From: a virus
Lineage: Duplodnaviria > Caudoviricetes
Direction: 5' to 3' (one strand)
Length of the DNA stretch: 57,181 bases
Virus record (IMG/VR): IMGVR_UViG_3300015360_000051
Coordinates: 1 to 57,181 of that record
The translations under genes were made by a program, and so were the position numbers. Below the pieces are notes generated by a model that saw nothing but the letters and a program-made list of their open reading frames with translations, was not told the origin of the DNA and made no database searches. Positions 19,114-28,727 of the stretch are shown here, piece after piece (position 1 is the stretch's first letter; the number at the start of each line of letters is the position of its first letter).

Positions 19114-19725
19114 ATGAAAGACGCACTTATCGACAGCCCTGAGGGAAAATACATTGTGCCATCCGGCGACGGTACTGGCAGTCCTTTAATCCTAGACATA
19201 CAGGAAATCGTTCGGGCTGAGTGCAGGCTGTCAGAGGTCGCGACCGCCAATGCGCACAACTCGGCAGAGTTATTGTCTGTCTATTCCGACAATTGGGGGA
19301 AACTCAACAGGACAGTGACCCTGCTCACCCACCAGCGGAATATGGCACAGCATTCCCTTGATGTTGGATATGCTGAGGCTATACTAGGAGCCGACACATC
19401 ACTGGTCAAGCGAGGAATTCGAGCCTCGAAAGAGACGAGGGAGGCGATTGCGGTTCTAGACCCTGAGGTCCGTAGCTGCACCGAGCGACTGAACGAAATT
19501 AAAACCGTCCTGTCCTATATAGTAGGCAAGGCAGAGTTGTTCATGAACGCCTACAACAGTGTCAAAAAGTTGATTTCCGGGTCCTCAGTCTGGCAACCCA
19601 ATCAACCACTACACTCTCCTAGACCTAATCCTAATCAACAGTTTGCGACTCGGGAGTCGTGGACGGCGGACGATGATGGCGTATTAGATATGCCAGCAGG
19701 ATTCGCAGACCCTCACAAAAGGTAA
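19114..19725 (+). CDS. Hypothetical helical protein, possible UvsY-like recombination mediator
   Basis: Helical ORF between SSB and recA; function inferred from position only. Confidence 0.6.
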   Translation: MKDALIDSPEGKYIVPSGDGTGSPLILDIQEIVRAECRLSEVATANAHNSAELLSVYSDNWGKLNRTVTLLTHQRNMAQHSLDVGYAEAILGADTSLVKRGIRASKETREAIAVLDPEVRSCTERLNEIKTVLSYIVGKAELFMNAYNSVKKLISGSSVWQPNQPLHSPRPNPNQQFATRESWTADDDGVLDMPAGFADPHKR

Positions 19726-19730
19726 AAAAC

Positions 19731-20876
19731 ATGGCTAACAAATGGACGGAACAACTAAAAAAGCTCGACGGAGCAATGAAAAAGCGGATAGATAGATTTG
19801 CGAATGTCATCCGCACACCTTCCCCATCCACCAATTTCATTTTTGGGAACACTCACGGAATGCCTCTAGGGTATTCGACTCTGTTATGGGGCCCTCCAGG
19901 TGGGGGAAAGTCGTTGTTGACCAATGCTACCATTGGACAACTCCATCGCGACGACCCAGAAGCGATTGCTGTAAAATTTGATACCGAGTTCAGAGACGAC
20001 GGTCAAATGTCTGAGGAGACCTTGCGGTCATTTGGGGTTGACCCCGACCGATATATCGTTTTTGAAGTCAACCGACCTGGAGAGGTATTCGACGTTTTTG
20101 CGGGCGAGATTTACGCCCTAATCCAAAAGGGCGCTCCAATTAAATTAGCGATAATCGACTCCATCAACGGCATTCAGGGCCGGAGAGAGGCCGAGCTAGA
20201 GTCGGTTGAACAGTATACTATCGGAGACCACGCCCAGACACTCCAGATAGGGCTTAAAAAGATTTTGCCAGTGCAGAGGCGTGGAAATCTGCATCTGATT
20301 CTAGCCTGTCAGCAGCGCGCTGAGATGGACAGCCTAGAACAAAAACGAGGTAACAAAACGAAGGCGGCGGCAAGTTTCGGTGTTCTACATCATTGTGAGT
20401 ATTTCGTTTACGTCGAACGGAACAAAAACAAGGCTGGCCGAGTCGATGAGCTAGGAAACTCGTTTGAGGATGCGTCACGAAAAGACGTGACTGACGCTGC
20501 CGATATCACCGGTCACAAAATAGCTGTCTGGATGCAAAAATCATCCGTCGGCCCGGCGGGGAGAAGTGCTGAATTCACCATCGACTACAAGGGAGGGATA
20601 ATAAATCAGCATGAGGAAATTTTCCGTCTTGGAACTAAATGGGGGATTATCGAGCGAGTCAACAATACAACCTACGCCCTGGCCGGTTCAAAATTTGTAG
20701 GAAAACCCGCATTGTTAGACGGGCTAAAGAAGTCTCCAGACCTGCAAAAACTGGTGATTAGAGAGCTTTTGAATGCTGAAAAAAGCGCTCGGATTCCGAC
20801 GGTCATCACCGACGAAATCCTAGAGTCTCCAGACGATGACTCTGACGAAGTCACAAAACTCCTGGCAGGGGGCTGA
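19731..20876 (+). CDS. recA: RecA/UvsX-like recombinase
   Basis: GPPGGGKS Walker A, FDTE, IIDSI Walker B, QQR. Confidence 0.9.
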   Translation: MANKWTEQLKKLDGAMKKRIDRFANVIRTPSPSTNFIFGNTHGMPLGYSTLLWGPPGGGKSLLTNATIGQLHRDDPEAIAVKFDTEFRDDGQMSEETLRSFGVDPDRYIVFEVNRPGEVFDVFAGEIYALIQKGAPIKLAIIDSINGIQGRREAELESVEQYTIGDHAQTLQIGLKKILPVQRRGNLHLILACQQRAEMDSLEQKRGNKTKAAASFGVLHHCEYFVYVERNKNKAGRVDELGNSFEDASRKDVTDAADITGHKIAVWMQKSSVGPAGRSAEFTIDYKGGIINQHEEIFRLGTKWGIIERVNNTTYALAGSKFVGKPALLDGLKKSPDLQKLVIRELLNAEKSARIPTVITDEILESPDDDSDEVTKLLAGG

Positions 20877-21166
20877 TGATGGACGAAAATGCTGGTCCAT
20901 GGCTAGACGGGCGCAAGGTATGGAAAGTGAACGGTCAGCTCCACCGTGACGGCGACTTGCCAGCCGTTGAGCGACTAGATGGGCGCAAGGAGTGGTGGAT
21001 AGGCGGCCAGCGTCATCGTGACGGCGGCCTGCCTGCCGTTGAGTGGGCAGACGGGACACGAGCATGGTATAGAGCTGACGAATTGCTGATGATTTTAAGC
21101 GCTGACGAGGTTCAGACTTTGGTACTCTACCTACTCGCCAAAAATGAGCCTGTCAAGGCATCGTAA
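20876..21166 (+). CDS. HRDGGLPA repeat protein (2 repeats) between recA and primase
   Basis: HRDGDLPAVE and HRDGGLPAVE repeats. Confidence 0.75.
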   Translation: MMDENAGPWLDGRKVWKVNGQLHRDGDLPAVERLDGRKEWWIGGQRHRDGGLPAVEWADGTRAWYRADELLMILSADEVQTLVLYLLAKNEPVKAS

Positions 21167-22175
21167 GGTAGACGCCGCTCGACTAGCATCCTATTTGCAG
21201 TCTAGTGGGCTGTCGTACCGCACCGTAAATAAATCCTACATTTTCGACTGCCCCTCCTGTAAAAAAAAAGAAAAACTATATCTGTATCGGGACGGCAGTT
21301 CGTTTGTCTGTTGGGTCTGTAAGGAGTCTCGTGGGTTTGCCGGACGGCCCGAGAAGGCATTGGCGGCGATGACGGGGGTACCGTATTCTCTAATTGGGGA
21401 GGCTATCTGTGGAGGAGCGGTTACCCAGGAGGAGTATGAGGGGGAATTAACCTTAGAGATGGACGAGGAACAACTTGACAATCCCGACCAGTTCAGCATA
21501 GAATCAACACCAGACCTAGTATGGCCAATACATTGCCTACCGATAGATTCACCAGGAGCAAGGTCAGGAGCTGACTATCTGGCCGGGAGAGGGGTCCCGG
21601 TTGAGATTGCTAAGGAGTACGATATCCGGTATTCTCTCGACGATAAGACCGTAGATTTTCCAGTCTGGGTGGGGGATAGGTTAGTCGGTTGGCAGTCGCG
21701 TAAGTTGGTCGTGACTCCTCGATTAATTAAGGATTCGGATTTTGGCCACCTAAAAAAGAGGGGAATGAAGGTCATTAGCACCCCAGAAATTCCTAGAGAG
21801 CATGTTTTAATGTTTCAAAATCGAATTGTAGGGTCTGTAGCAGTATTGTGCGAAGGCCCTATTGACGCGCTCAAGGCTCATAATATTGGCGGAAACGTAG
21901 CCACCATGGGTAAAGAGGTCAGCGATGGACAAATTAACCATCTATATCGGAAGAATGTCAATAAGGTATATATAGCATTTGACCCAGATGCTGCAAATGG
22001 AGTAGATAAATTAATTGCGAGACTAAGGTCCGCAAAGATGGATACGTTTTTAGTTGACATTCCAGATGGTTTCGACGATATTGGGGACATGTCTATCACC
22101 GAGGCGACCGAAGTGATTAAGGCTGCACCGGAAGTGTATCCTTTTAGCCGTATGAATATTTTCTTGGATTTTTAG
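21144..22175 (+). CDS. dnaG: DNA primase (zinc finger + TOPRIM)
   Basis: CPSC/CWVC zinc finger; CEGPID, FDPD, DIGD TOPRIM motifs. Confidence 0.88.
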   Translation: MSLSRHRKVDAARLASYLQSSGLSYRTVNKSYIFDCPSCKKKEKLYLYRDGSSFVCWVCKESRGFAGRPEKALAAMTGVPYSLIGEAICGGAVTQEEYEGELTLEMDEEQLDNPDQFSIESTPDLVWPIHCLPIDSPGARSGADYLAGRGVPVEIAKEYDIRYSLDDKTVDFPVWVGDRLVGWQSRKLVVTPRLIKDSDFGHLKKRGMKVISTPEIPREHVLMFQNRIVGSVAVLCEGPIDALKAHNIGGNVATMGKEVSDGQINHLYRKNVNKVYIAFDPDAANGVDKLIARLRSAKMDTFLVDIPDGFDDIGDMSITEATEVIKAAPEVYPFSRMNIFLDF

Positions 22176-22184
22176 CGCTTCCAC

Positions 22185-22613
22185 ATGAAAACATACAAAC
22201 TGACAGTCTCTCCAGATGGAGCGTCCCGCGTGTATTACGATGACGGATTTGAAAGCCCACACCGTGACAACGACTTGCCCACCGTCGAATGGTTCGACGG
22301 CTCTAAACAATGGTACAAAAACCGTGTCCTCCACCGCGAAGGTGGCTTGCCTGCCGTTGAGTGGGCGTGTGGACATAAAGAGTGGTTTATAAAAGGCAAA
22401 CTCCACCGTGATGGAGACCTGCCTGCAATTGAGAAGGCAGACGGGACCAAGCAGTGGTGGATAAAGGGGGACCTCCATCGCGATGGAGGCCTGCCTGCCG
22501 TCGAGAATGCGGACGGGACCAGAGAGTGGTGGACAAAAGGTGTCCGCCACGGTAAACTTCCTCCTACTGTTATAAACATTGGCAGCAAGAGATATAAATT
22601 GGTGGAGATTTAG
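22185..22613 (+). CDS. HRDGGLPA repeat protein between primase and helicase
   Basis: MKTYKLTV start, 4 repeats, variant tail PPTVINIGSKRYKLVEI. Confidence 0.88.
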   Translation: MKTYKLTVSPDGASRVYYDDGFESPHRDNDLPTVEWFDGSKQWYKNRVLHREGGLPAVEWACGHKEWFIKGKLHRDGDLPAIEKADGTKQWWIKGDLHRDGGLPAVENADGTREWWTKGVRHGKLPPTVINIGSKRYKLVEI

Positions 22614-24088
22614 TGTCAGAAAAAACTGAATTTTCCAAAATTCACCAACAGGCCGTCATAGGGCACGCACTCCAAACCCCGGTTTTTTGGAGTCAACTAG
22701 AGGCCCTCTCAGTCAATAAGGAATGGTTTTCAACTACTTCCGCCATCGTGGCCGAGGTATATGACCACATTTCTAGTTTTCGCAAGGTTTACAAAAAACC
22801 TCCAACAGCTACAGAACTTGAGGCGTACCTCTACACTCGGGACAGCGAAAATGCTGTAGCTCTAGTAAGGGCGGTAAAGGAATGCACCAAGACCGCCACG
22901 GAGGTTGGGTTTGATGTCATTAGCGCCAAACTCCTAGACTGGGCTAAGAGTCGGTTAATTGTCCAACAAGCCAAGGAAATGGCGGAGACTTTTAACAAGG
23001 GTGACCACGACGCCGCGTTCGCTCTGTGGGAGTCCGGCGCGGCCAAGCTACAAAGGCTTGATTCGTCTATGGGGCTCACCCCGGACGCTATGGAGTCAAT
23101 GGCTGACCGCATCGGGCGCGAACAAGCCGAAAGGTATTCGGAGTCTCAACAGCCTATCCAGTATGGCATGAATTACCTGGATGACGCGTTGATTAGGATT
23201 GCGAGAAAGGATTTAATCATCCTCGGCGCCCGTACTGGGGTTGGCAAGACTGAGATGGCAAAAATCATCGCCAAACACAACGCCGAAAAAGGCATCAGAG
23301 TCTCGGCATTTTTTCTAGAGGCCGAGGAAAACGAGATAGAGCGACGCATAAAGTACAATATACTTTTAGATAAATGGCTTGACGAAAATCCCGGAACCGG
23401 AGACTGTTTTGGCTACGCAGAATGGCGCCTCGGTAAGTACAAACTCACTCTCGACAAATTCAGCGACGAGGCCGACGAAGTAATCAAGGCTAAATACAAG
23501 ACTCTGCGGACCTATTACCGAGTGCGGGGGGATTTCAGCATTGACGACCTCGACCGTGAGGTAATGAAGGTCTACAAAGAGTCAGACCTCATCATTATTG
23601 ACCATTTACATTACATCGACCTCGACTCCAAAAGCGGGAATGATAACTCAGAGATGGGGCGACTGCTTAAAAAACTACGGTACTTGACGTTGGTCCTAGG
23701 AGTTCCTATACTCTGTATAGCCCATCTGCGCAAGGGGGCGTCAAAAAATATTGTCCCAGAACTGGACGATTTCCATGGCTCTTCAGAAATCACAAAAATC
23801 GCAACTACTTGCATCATGCTAGCTCCGTGCAAAGAATTCGTCTCCGCTGACCCAGACCAAGACACGGGACTTGCGACCTTTGTTAGGATAGCGAAATTCC
23901 GCCTAGACGGTTCAAGAACTGGGTATGTAGGGGTTGGATTCTATGACAGGAATAGGGGGATGTATTCATCTAAATATGCTATAGGTCGTTTGAATTTCGC
24001 AGAAACAAAATGGTCTCCCCTAAAAAGTATATGGCCATACTGGACGACCGAAACCAACCTGATAAAAGACGTGCAGGAGGCGGATTGA
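22613..24088 (+). CDS. dnaB: DnaB-like replicative helicase
   Basis: GARTGVGKT Walker A, FLEA, IIIDHLH Walker B, KFR arginine finger. Confidence 0.9.
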   Translation: MSEKTEFSKIHQQAVIGHALQTPVFWSQLEALSVNKEWFSTTSAIVAEVYDHISSFRKVYKKPPTATELEAYLYTRDSENAVALVRAVKECTKTATEVGFDVISAKLLDWAKSRLIVQQAKEMAETFNKGDHDAAFALWESGAAKLQRLDSSMGLTPDAMESMADRIGREQAERYSESQQPIQYGMNYLDDALIRIARKDLIILGARTGVGKTEMAKIIAKHNAEKGIRVSAFFLEAEENEIERRIKYNILLDKWLDENPGTGDCFGYAEWRLGKYKLTLDKFSDEADEVIKAKYKTLRTYYRVRGDFSIDDLDREVMKVYKESDLIIIDHLHYIDLDSKSGNDNSEMGRLLKKLRYLTLVLGVPILCIAHLRKGASKNIVPELDDFHGSSEITKIATTCIMLAPCKEFVSADPDQDTGLATFVRIAKFRLDGSRTGYVGVGFYDRNRGMYSSKYAIGRLNFAETKWSPLKSIWPYWTTETNLIKDVQEAD

Positions 24089-24666
24089 GAAAAAAAAGAA
24101 AATTAACAGAATCGGTATCGCCGATTTTGTCAACAGATGACAGAGCTAGGGAGTTGTATTTGTTTGGCGGTGTGGACATAAACAATGCAGGCGCTCTAAT
24201 CATAGACCTGCGGAGGCTAGACAGAAAACCAGGCGGGATTACTCTAATTATGTCCTCCCTTGGTGGAGAGGAAGGCGCGGGGTGGGCTATCTACGATGCG
24301 ATTAGAGGCGCCAGGAACCCGGTGACTTGTAAGGTATTCGGAGAGTGTCAATCAATCGCCACTCTAATCTTGCAGGCCTGTCATGTTCGCCTCCTCAGCC
24401 CCCATACTCGTTTCATGATTCATAACGGCTCCCTGTCTGCCGACGTTACCGCAAACCAAGCAATTGCTCTAGGGAAGGAAATACAAATTCTATCCGAGAT
24501 GTACTATGGCATACTAGCGCACCATTCTGGAATTCCAGCGGAAGAAATTGAAATTTTGTGTCAAAATGATTATTTTATGTCCGCTGAAGCAGCAGTTCAA
24601 AGAGGATTTGCTGATGGGCTCGTTCCGAAAGAGGTAATAAATTGGAAAAAATCAAGAAAATCATAA
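24085..24666 (+). CDS. clpP: ClpP-like serine protease
   Basis: SLGG, AIYD, CQSIA (catalytic Ser), MIH, FMSAEAAVQRGFAD; TTG start overlapping helicase stop (alternative start 24010). Confidence 0.85.
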   Translation: MRKKRKLTESVSPILSTDDRARELYLFGGVDINNAGALIIDLRRLDRKPGGITLIMSSLGGEEGAGWAIYDAIRGARNPVTCKVFGECQSIATLILQACHVRLLSPHTRFMIHNGSLSADVTANQAIALGKEIQILSEMYYGILAHHSGIPAEEIEILCQNDYFMSAEAAVQRGFADGLVPKEVINWKKSRKS

Positions 24667-25265
24667 CCAGCCCTATCCTTATCCTAGTTCTGATTAGCGG
24701 CGCGTTTTTTGCAGGGCGTTTTACGTCTCCTGCCAAAATTAAAACAGTAGAGATTGAAAAGCGGGTGGAGATTCACCATGAGTCGTTGACGATTGAGAAG
24801 AAATTAGATATCCAGGAGCTTAAAACCATGATAGCGGAGTTCTCGACGCAGCGTCGTTCAGACCTCCGCAAGGTCACCGTAACCAATACTAAGCCGACAG
24901 GAGAGACGACAACGACAGAGACACTGGTCGACAGGGTCGCTACTGATACGGTATCTAAAACTGATTCCACCACCAAAACTTCAACCTCGGTCGACGAGCT
25001 TGTAAAGCTCTGGAAAGCATCGGTTAAGACTGAGGAGAAAATTAAGATAGTGGAGAAGGACTCCTCTTCTGAGTGGGGACTAGGAATACAGGCAGGGTTA
25101 AATCTACGGTCTCCTCTAGGGGATACCAACAATGTCATCCCGGGGGTGCCCGAACAGATAGTGCTCGGAGCATTCGTAGAGCGGAGGCTCTTTTTAAATA
25201 TCTATACGGGCGTCTGGCTCAACAGTCGTCTCGATGGTGGGTTGCAGGTAAGGATGGGGTTTTAG
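24642..25265 (+). CDS. Membrane-anchored protein with stalk and C-terminal beta-strands (spanin-like?)
   Basis: N-terminal TM helix, Thr-rich middle, amphipathic strands ending GGLQVRMGF. Confidence 0.65.
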   Translation: MEKIKKIITSPILILVLISGAFFAGRFTSPAKIKTVEIEKRVEIHHESLTIEKKLDIQELKTMIAEFSTQRRSDLRKVTVTNTKPTGETTTTETLVDRVATDTVSKTDSTTKTSTSVDELVKLWKASVKTEEKIKIVEKDSSSEWGLGIQAGLNLRSPLGDTNNVIPGVPEQIVLGAFVERRLFLNIYTGVWLNSRLDGGLQVRMGF

Positions 25266-25266
25266 G

Positions 25267-26286
25267 ATGGACAGTTTAGTGCAGCGAGAAGAAGTTGACG
25301 GGTGGACCAATCTAGCAATTGGTGACGCGGTGGTCGTGAGAGAGGCCTACAAACACAGTATCCCTACCTCACTCTCCCTGAGCGCCTCAGAGCTAGGTTA
25401 TCCTCCCTGTGACGGCCTGCCGGAGCTACAGGCAGCAATTCTGAAGTGGTGCATCTCAGAGGGTGTATGCACTGAGGACCACCCAGGACACGTCGTAATC
25501 ACTAATGGAGCCACTCAGGGTCTGTTAGCTGTCATCAGCGCCTACGAGGGGATTAAATTGAGCCCCCCTTACTGGCCTCGGATTCCGGTACTGGCAGACT
25601 TCGCAGGAGTCACTCTCAACAATGAGAAACAGGGCTCGGCCTGTCCGGAACTAATTACCTGGCCTAACAATCCATCCGGTTGCGAGTTCGGGACGAACGT
25701 AGCAGATGCGGACAGCGGTGTCATTTGGGACGCCGTTTACGCCTCTGAGATTTACGGATTCGACCCAGCCCTCGTGCCGTTCTTGCAACGGTCGGACGCT
25801 ATTATTGGCTCGGTGTCGAAAATCTTCGGGCTGAGCGGTCTTCGGGTTGGGTGGGTGCTGTTCAAGGACCGGGCTCACTGGGAAAAGGCGTCGCACTATC
25901 TGGAGACCTCCACGTCTGGGGTGTCGGTCATTTCTCAGCTATATACCGCTGACCTACTAGACCGCGTCAATAAGTTCCCGGCCATTTTCCAAAAAATCAA
26001 GAAACTAGCAAAAAAATCGCTAGAAACAAACAGCAGAATCATCCAGGATGTCGTTACCCCGTTTGCGTCGGCCGTCGGAGGCTCTATAGGCGGCCATGGT
26101 GGGCTTTTTGCGTGGTTCCGGCCTAGCAATTATGCCTCTTTCAAGGATGCGCTCAACCGCGCCAAGATTTTCATCGTGCGCGGGGACCTGTGTGGCTTTA
26201 CAAAAGAGTGGATTCGTATCAACGCCGGTGCCGATGCCGTCAAAATACAAGACTCTATGGGTAGGCTTGCAAAAGAACTAGGATGA
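25267..26286 (+). CDS. PLP-dependent aminotransferase class I/II
   Basis: TNGATQGL, PNNPSG, WDAVY, SVSKIFGLSGLRVGW (PLP Lys), terminal RIN. Confidence 0.88.
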   Translation: MDSLVQREEVDGWTNLAIGDAVVVREAYKHSIPTSLSLSASELGYPPCDGLPELQAAILKWCISEGVCTEDHPGHVVITNGATQGLLAVISAYEGIKLSPPYWPRIPVLADFAGVTLNNEKQGSACPELITWPNNPSGCEFGTNVADADSGVIWDAVYASEIYGFDPALVPFLQRSDAIIGSVSKIFGLSGLRVGWVLFKDRAHWEKASHYLETSTSGVSVISQLYTADLLDRVNKFPAIFQKIKKLAKKSLETNSRIIQDVVTPFASAVGGSIGGHGGLFAWFRPSNYASFKDALNRAKIFIVRGDLCGFTKEWIRINAGADAVKIQDSMGRLAKELG

Positions 26287-26290
26287 TGGT

Positions 26291-26539
26291 ATGGTAAGGT
26301 CAATATCGAAGATAAAATTGTCAGAAACGTCCATACGGTATTTTATTCGATTGTTCGACGAGGACAGTTCTGGTAGTCATATTACCCGTAGGCAATTGCC
26401 CTTCCTGAAGGAGGTCGTTGTCGAGGGAGAAATCAATCATATGCTGTACACCGGTCCAGCACTGTTTGAAAAATTGACCATGTGCCACAATGGCGAACGA
26501 TGGATGATTGAACTCGAAGGAGTGGTAGAAGATGGGTGA
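26291..26539 (+). CDS. Hypothetical protein
   Basis: 82-aa ORF in operon. Confidence 0.65.
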   Translation: MVRSISKIKLSETSIRYFIRLFDEDSSGSHITRRQLPFLKEVVVEGEINHMLYTGPALFEKLTMCHNGERWMIELEGVVEDG

Positions 26540-26936
26540 TGTTGTTTGTATTAGTTGTAGTCTCGAAATAGAGGACTACGAAAATAGACTGATATGGTAT
26601 CTGAATGGACAAGAGGTTCTCATCTACATCCCATTAAGAGAGTCGACGTATCTAAAGCTCAGTTCTCCCTATGCAGACGGCACCAACACCAAAGTTCACC
26701 CCAAGCTAAAAAAAATGGGGTTCTCTGTACAGGTCGAATCTCGGCCTACTAACAGATACGTAGACAAAACGTTTGACGGTGACGAAGACCAGGCACTAGC
26801 GGCTGGCTGGGTCGAAAACGAATTCGGTATGGTGTGCCCAGAATGCAACGGGGGATGCGATACAGGAGACAGCACCTCAAATCTAGAGCTTAAAGACATT
26901 CTAACCACGATGTTAATCACACAGGAAGAGCCATAA
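26532..26936 (+). CDS. Hypothetical zinc-binding protein
   Basis: CISC...CPEC pair. Confidence 0.65.
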   Translation: MGDVVCISCSLEIEDYENRLIWYLNGQEVLIYIPLRESTYLKLSSPYADGTNTKVHPKLKKMGFSVQVESRPTNRYVDKTFDGDEDQALAAGWVENEFGMVCPECNGGCDTGDSTSNLELKDILTTMLITQEEP

Positions 26937-27301
26937 TGCTAAAATATTTCGTCGAGAACAAGTTCCCCAATAAGGGAATTCTATGTAAACCTCCCGTTAA
27001 GGCCGTCAAGGAAAAAGGCACAGGAGGTCTCGCATTCCTCAACAGCCGGAAGACCGTTATTTCGTTGGAGGTACTGGTAGGGTCTGTCGATATGCAGGAT
27101 ACGGCCCGCATATGGGTAATTGAGGATTGGTCACAGGCTTGGATGTCTGCTACGTATAATTGCTCGGACCTCGGCGAGGACACCCCTTTTATTTTGGTCC
27201 CGTTCGGAGAAATCGTATTTTCAGAAAAGTTCGCCCTGGCATTTGCGGAAAATCTTCGTGGCCCGCAATGGGTTCTATCCCACTCACAAGAGGACCTATA
27301 A
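26936..27301 (+). CDS. Possible GroES/gp31-like co-chaperonin
   Basis: GILCKP...KEKGTGGLAF mobile-loop-like segment, LEVLVG, FILVPFGEIV resemble the cpn10 pattern. Confidence 0.5.
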   Translation: MLKYFVENKFPNKGILCKPPVKAVKEKGTGGLAFLNSRKTVISLEVLVGSVDMQDTARIWVIEDWSQAWMSATYNCSDLGEDTPFILVPFGEIVFSEKFALAFAENLRGPQWVLSHSQEDL

Positions 27302-27304
27302 GCT

Positions 27305-28318
27305 TTGCTAAATCTAGTAGTAGGAGACGTACACTGCACTCCAGACGAGCTAGAAGATTGTGAAGCTCTACTTGTGGCGGTACGCCAGTATGCGGCAGAT
27401 TGCGAACTGGTTACATTCCTGGGGGACCAATTTCATACCCATGACGTTGTCAACGTGCGTTGTATCGATTTTTGGCATGAGCATCTAAAGGTTCTAGCCT
27501 GCGGCGGACGCAAAGTCGTATTGATGAGGGGCAACCACGACCAGGTGACTCCTACGCAGGGGTATCCCCACTCTCTGATTCCGTTTGCGGCGATGCCGGG
27601 GGTGTTTGTTGCCGACGGCCTCAATGAGCCCATTCCGGTGGAGGGGGTCGGGTTTCTGCCGTATTATTACAATCAGTCAGATTTTCTGAAGGCGTACTCG
27701 GAGACGGCGAAGCGTTGTCATACCATTTTTTGTCATCAGACGTTTCAGGGGGCGTATTATGAGAATGCCTTCTACGCCAAGGACGGAATAGCGTTGGCGC
27801 TGATGGCGGAGCGGACTGTAATTTCTGGACATATCCACTCCCCCCAACAGGTCGGCTACGTACAATATGTTGGGGCCCCGAGATGGCGGACTCGGTCTGA
27901 CGCCAATCAGGAGAGGTTCATTAATTTGTTTGGTCACTCCGCGACAGGGTCGGAAATTGTGAAGTCTATCTCTACTGCCGAGTATTGCAAAAAGATTCAC
28001 CAATTTGATGACACTCCAGAAAACCCTCTCACCCGCACTCGTCTAGACTCAGTAGTGAGGCCCCACCACAAGGTGCTGGTCGACGTGTATGGCCCCACCA
28101 GGGGGTGGGTCAGAGACCGTGAACAGGAGTGCAAGGGGTGGAGTAGTTCTATGGTTACACGCGGGTTTCCAACAAGGGAGCGGTCGCCGGAGGTCTCCGA
28201 GAGTGAAGGGATTGAAAAGTCTTTTGCCAAATTTGAGGCAAAATTCTTGCCACCTAACGGGACAGATAAGGCCGTTATCTCACAGATGGTAAGAGACAGG
28301 ATGTCGAAGCATGAATAA
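27305..28318 (+). CDS. sbcD: SbcD/Mre11/T4 gp47-like nuclease
   Basis: GDVH, LGDQFH, GNHD, FCHQ, SGHIH, YVGAP motifs. Confidence 0.87.
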   Translation: MLNLVVGDVHCTPDELEDCEALLVAVRQYAADCELVTFLGDQFHTHDVVNVRCIDFWHEHLKVLACGGRKVVLMRGNHDQVTPTQGYPHSLIPFAAMPGVFVADGLNEPIPVEGVGFLPYYYNQSDFLKAYSETAKRCHTIFCHQTFQGAYYENAFYAKDGIALALMAERTVISGHIHSPQQVGYVQYVGAPRWRTRSDANQERFINLFGHSATGSEIVKSISTAEYCKKIHQFDDTPENPLTRTRLDSVVRPHHKVLVDVYGPTRGWVRDREQECKGWSSSMVTRGFPTRERSPEVSESEGIEKSFAKFEAKFLPPNGTDKAVISQMVRDRMSKHE

Positions 28319-28727
28319 ATCGCAAAATCTCAGTGCCGAACAGCAGCTAATAACCCTACGCGGTATGGCCGAGCGGTTTGGGTTTTTGCATGAGGCACAA
28401 ATATTGCAAATCAAATTGTGGCCTTTTTCGGTTGACCCTAAATTAAAATCCTCGACCGCCGAAATCGACATTGAACATACCTCGATTCTGTACAATTGGG
28501 TGGGCAATGGGGTTGTGAATGCAAAATACCTCCAGAGAGTTAACACTCTACACGATACTGTGCGTCATTTTTTTGGAGATGGCTGGGAGATACAAATTTT
28601 GTTAAACGAGAAGGCAATCTATCCTATAGCTGCCGCCCCTAAGAAAAAGGCGTCAAAGAAACCAGCGAAAAAACCAGCGAAGAAAAATGCTAATAAAATC
28701 CGAAAACCAGTCACTACAAGAAAGTGA
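28311..28727 (+). CDS. Hypothetical protein with basic Lys/Ala-rich tail
   Basis: 138-aa ORF; KKPAKKPAKK tail. Confidence 0.7.
   Translation: MNKSQNLSAEQQLITLRGMAERFGFLHEAQILQIKLWPFSVDPKLKSSTAEIDIEHTSILYNWVGNGVVNAKYLQRVNTLHDTVRHFFGDGWEIQILLNEKAIYPIAAAPKKKASKKPAKKPAKKNANKIRKPVTTRK

Noticed and set aside
4338-28318. SbcC plus phosphoesterases as an anti-phage defence system
   Set aside because: Best explained as the ordinary phage gp46/gp47 recombination pair, although the genes lie 21 kb apart
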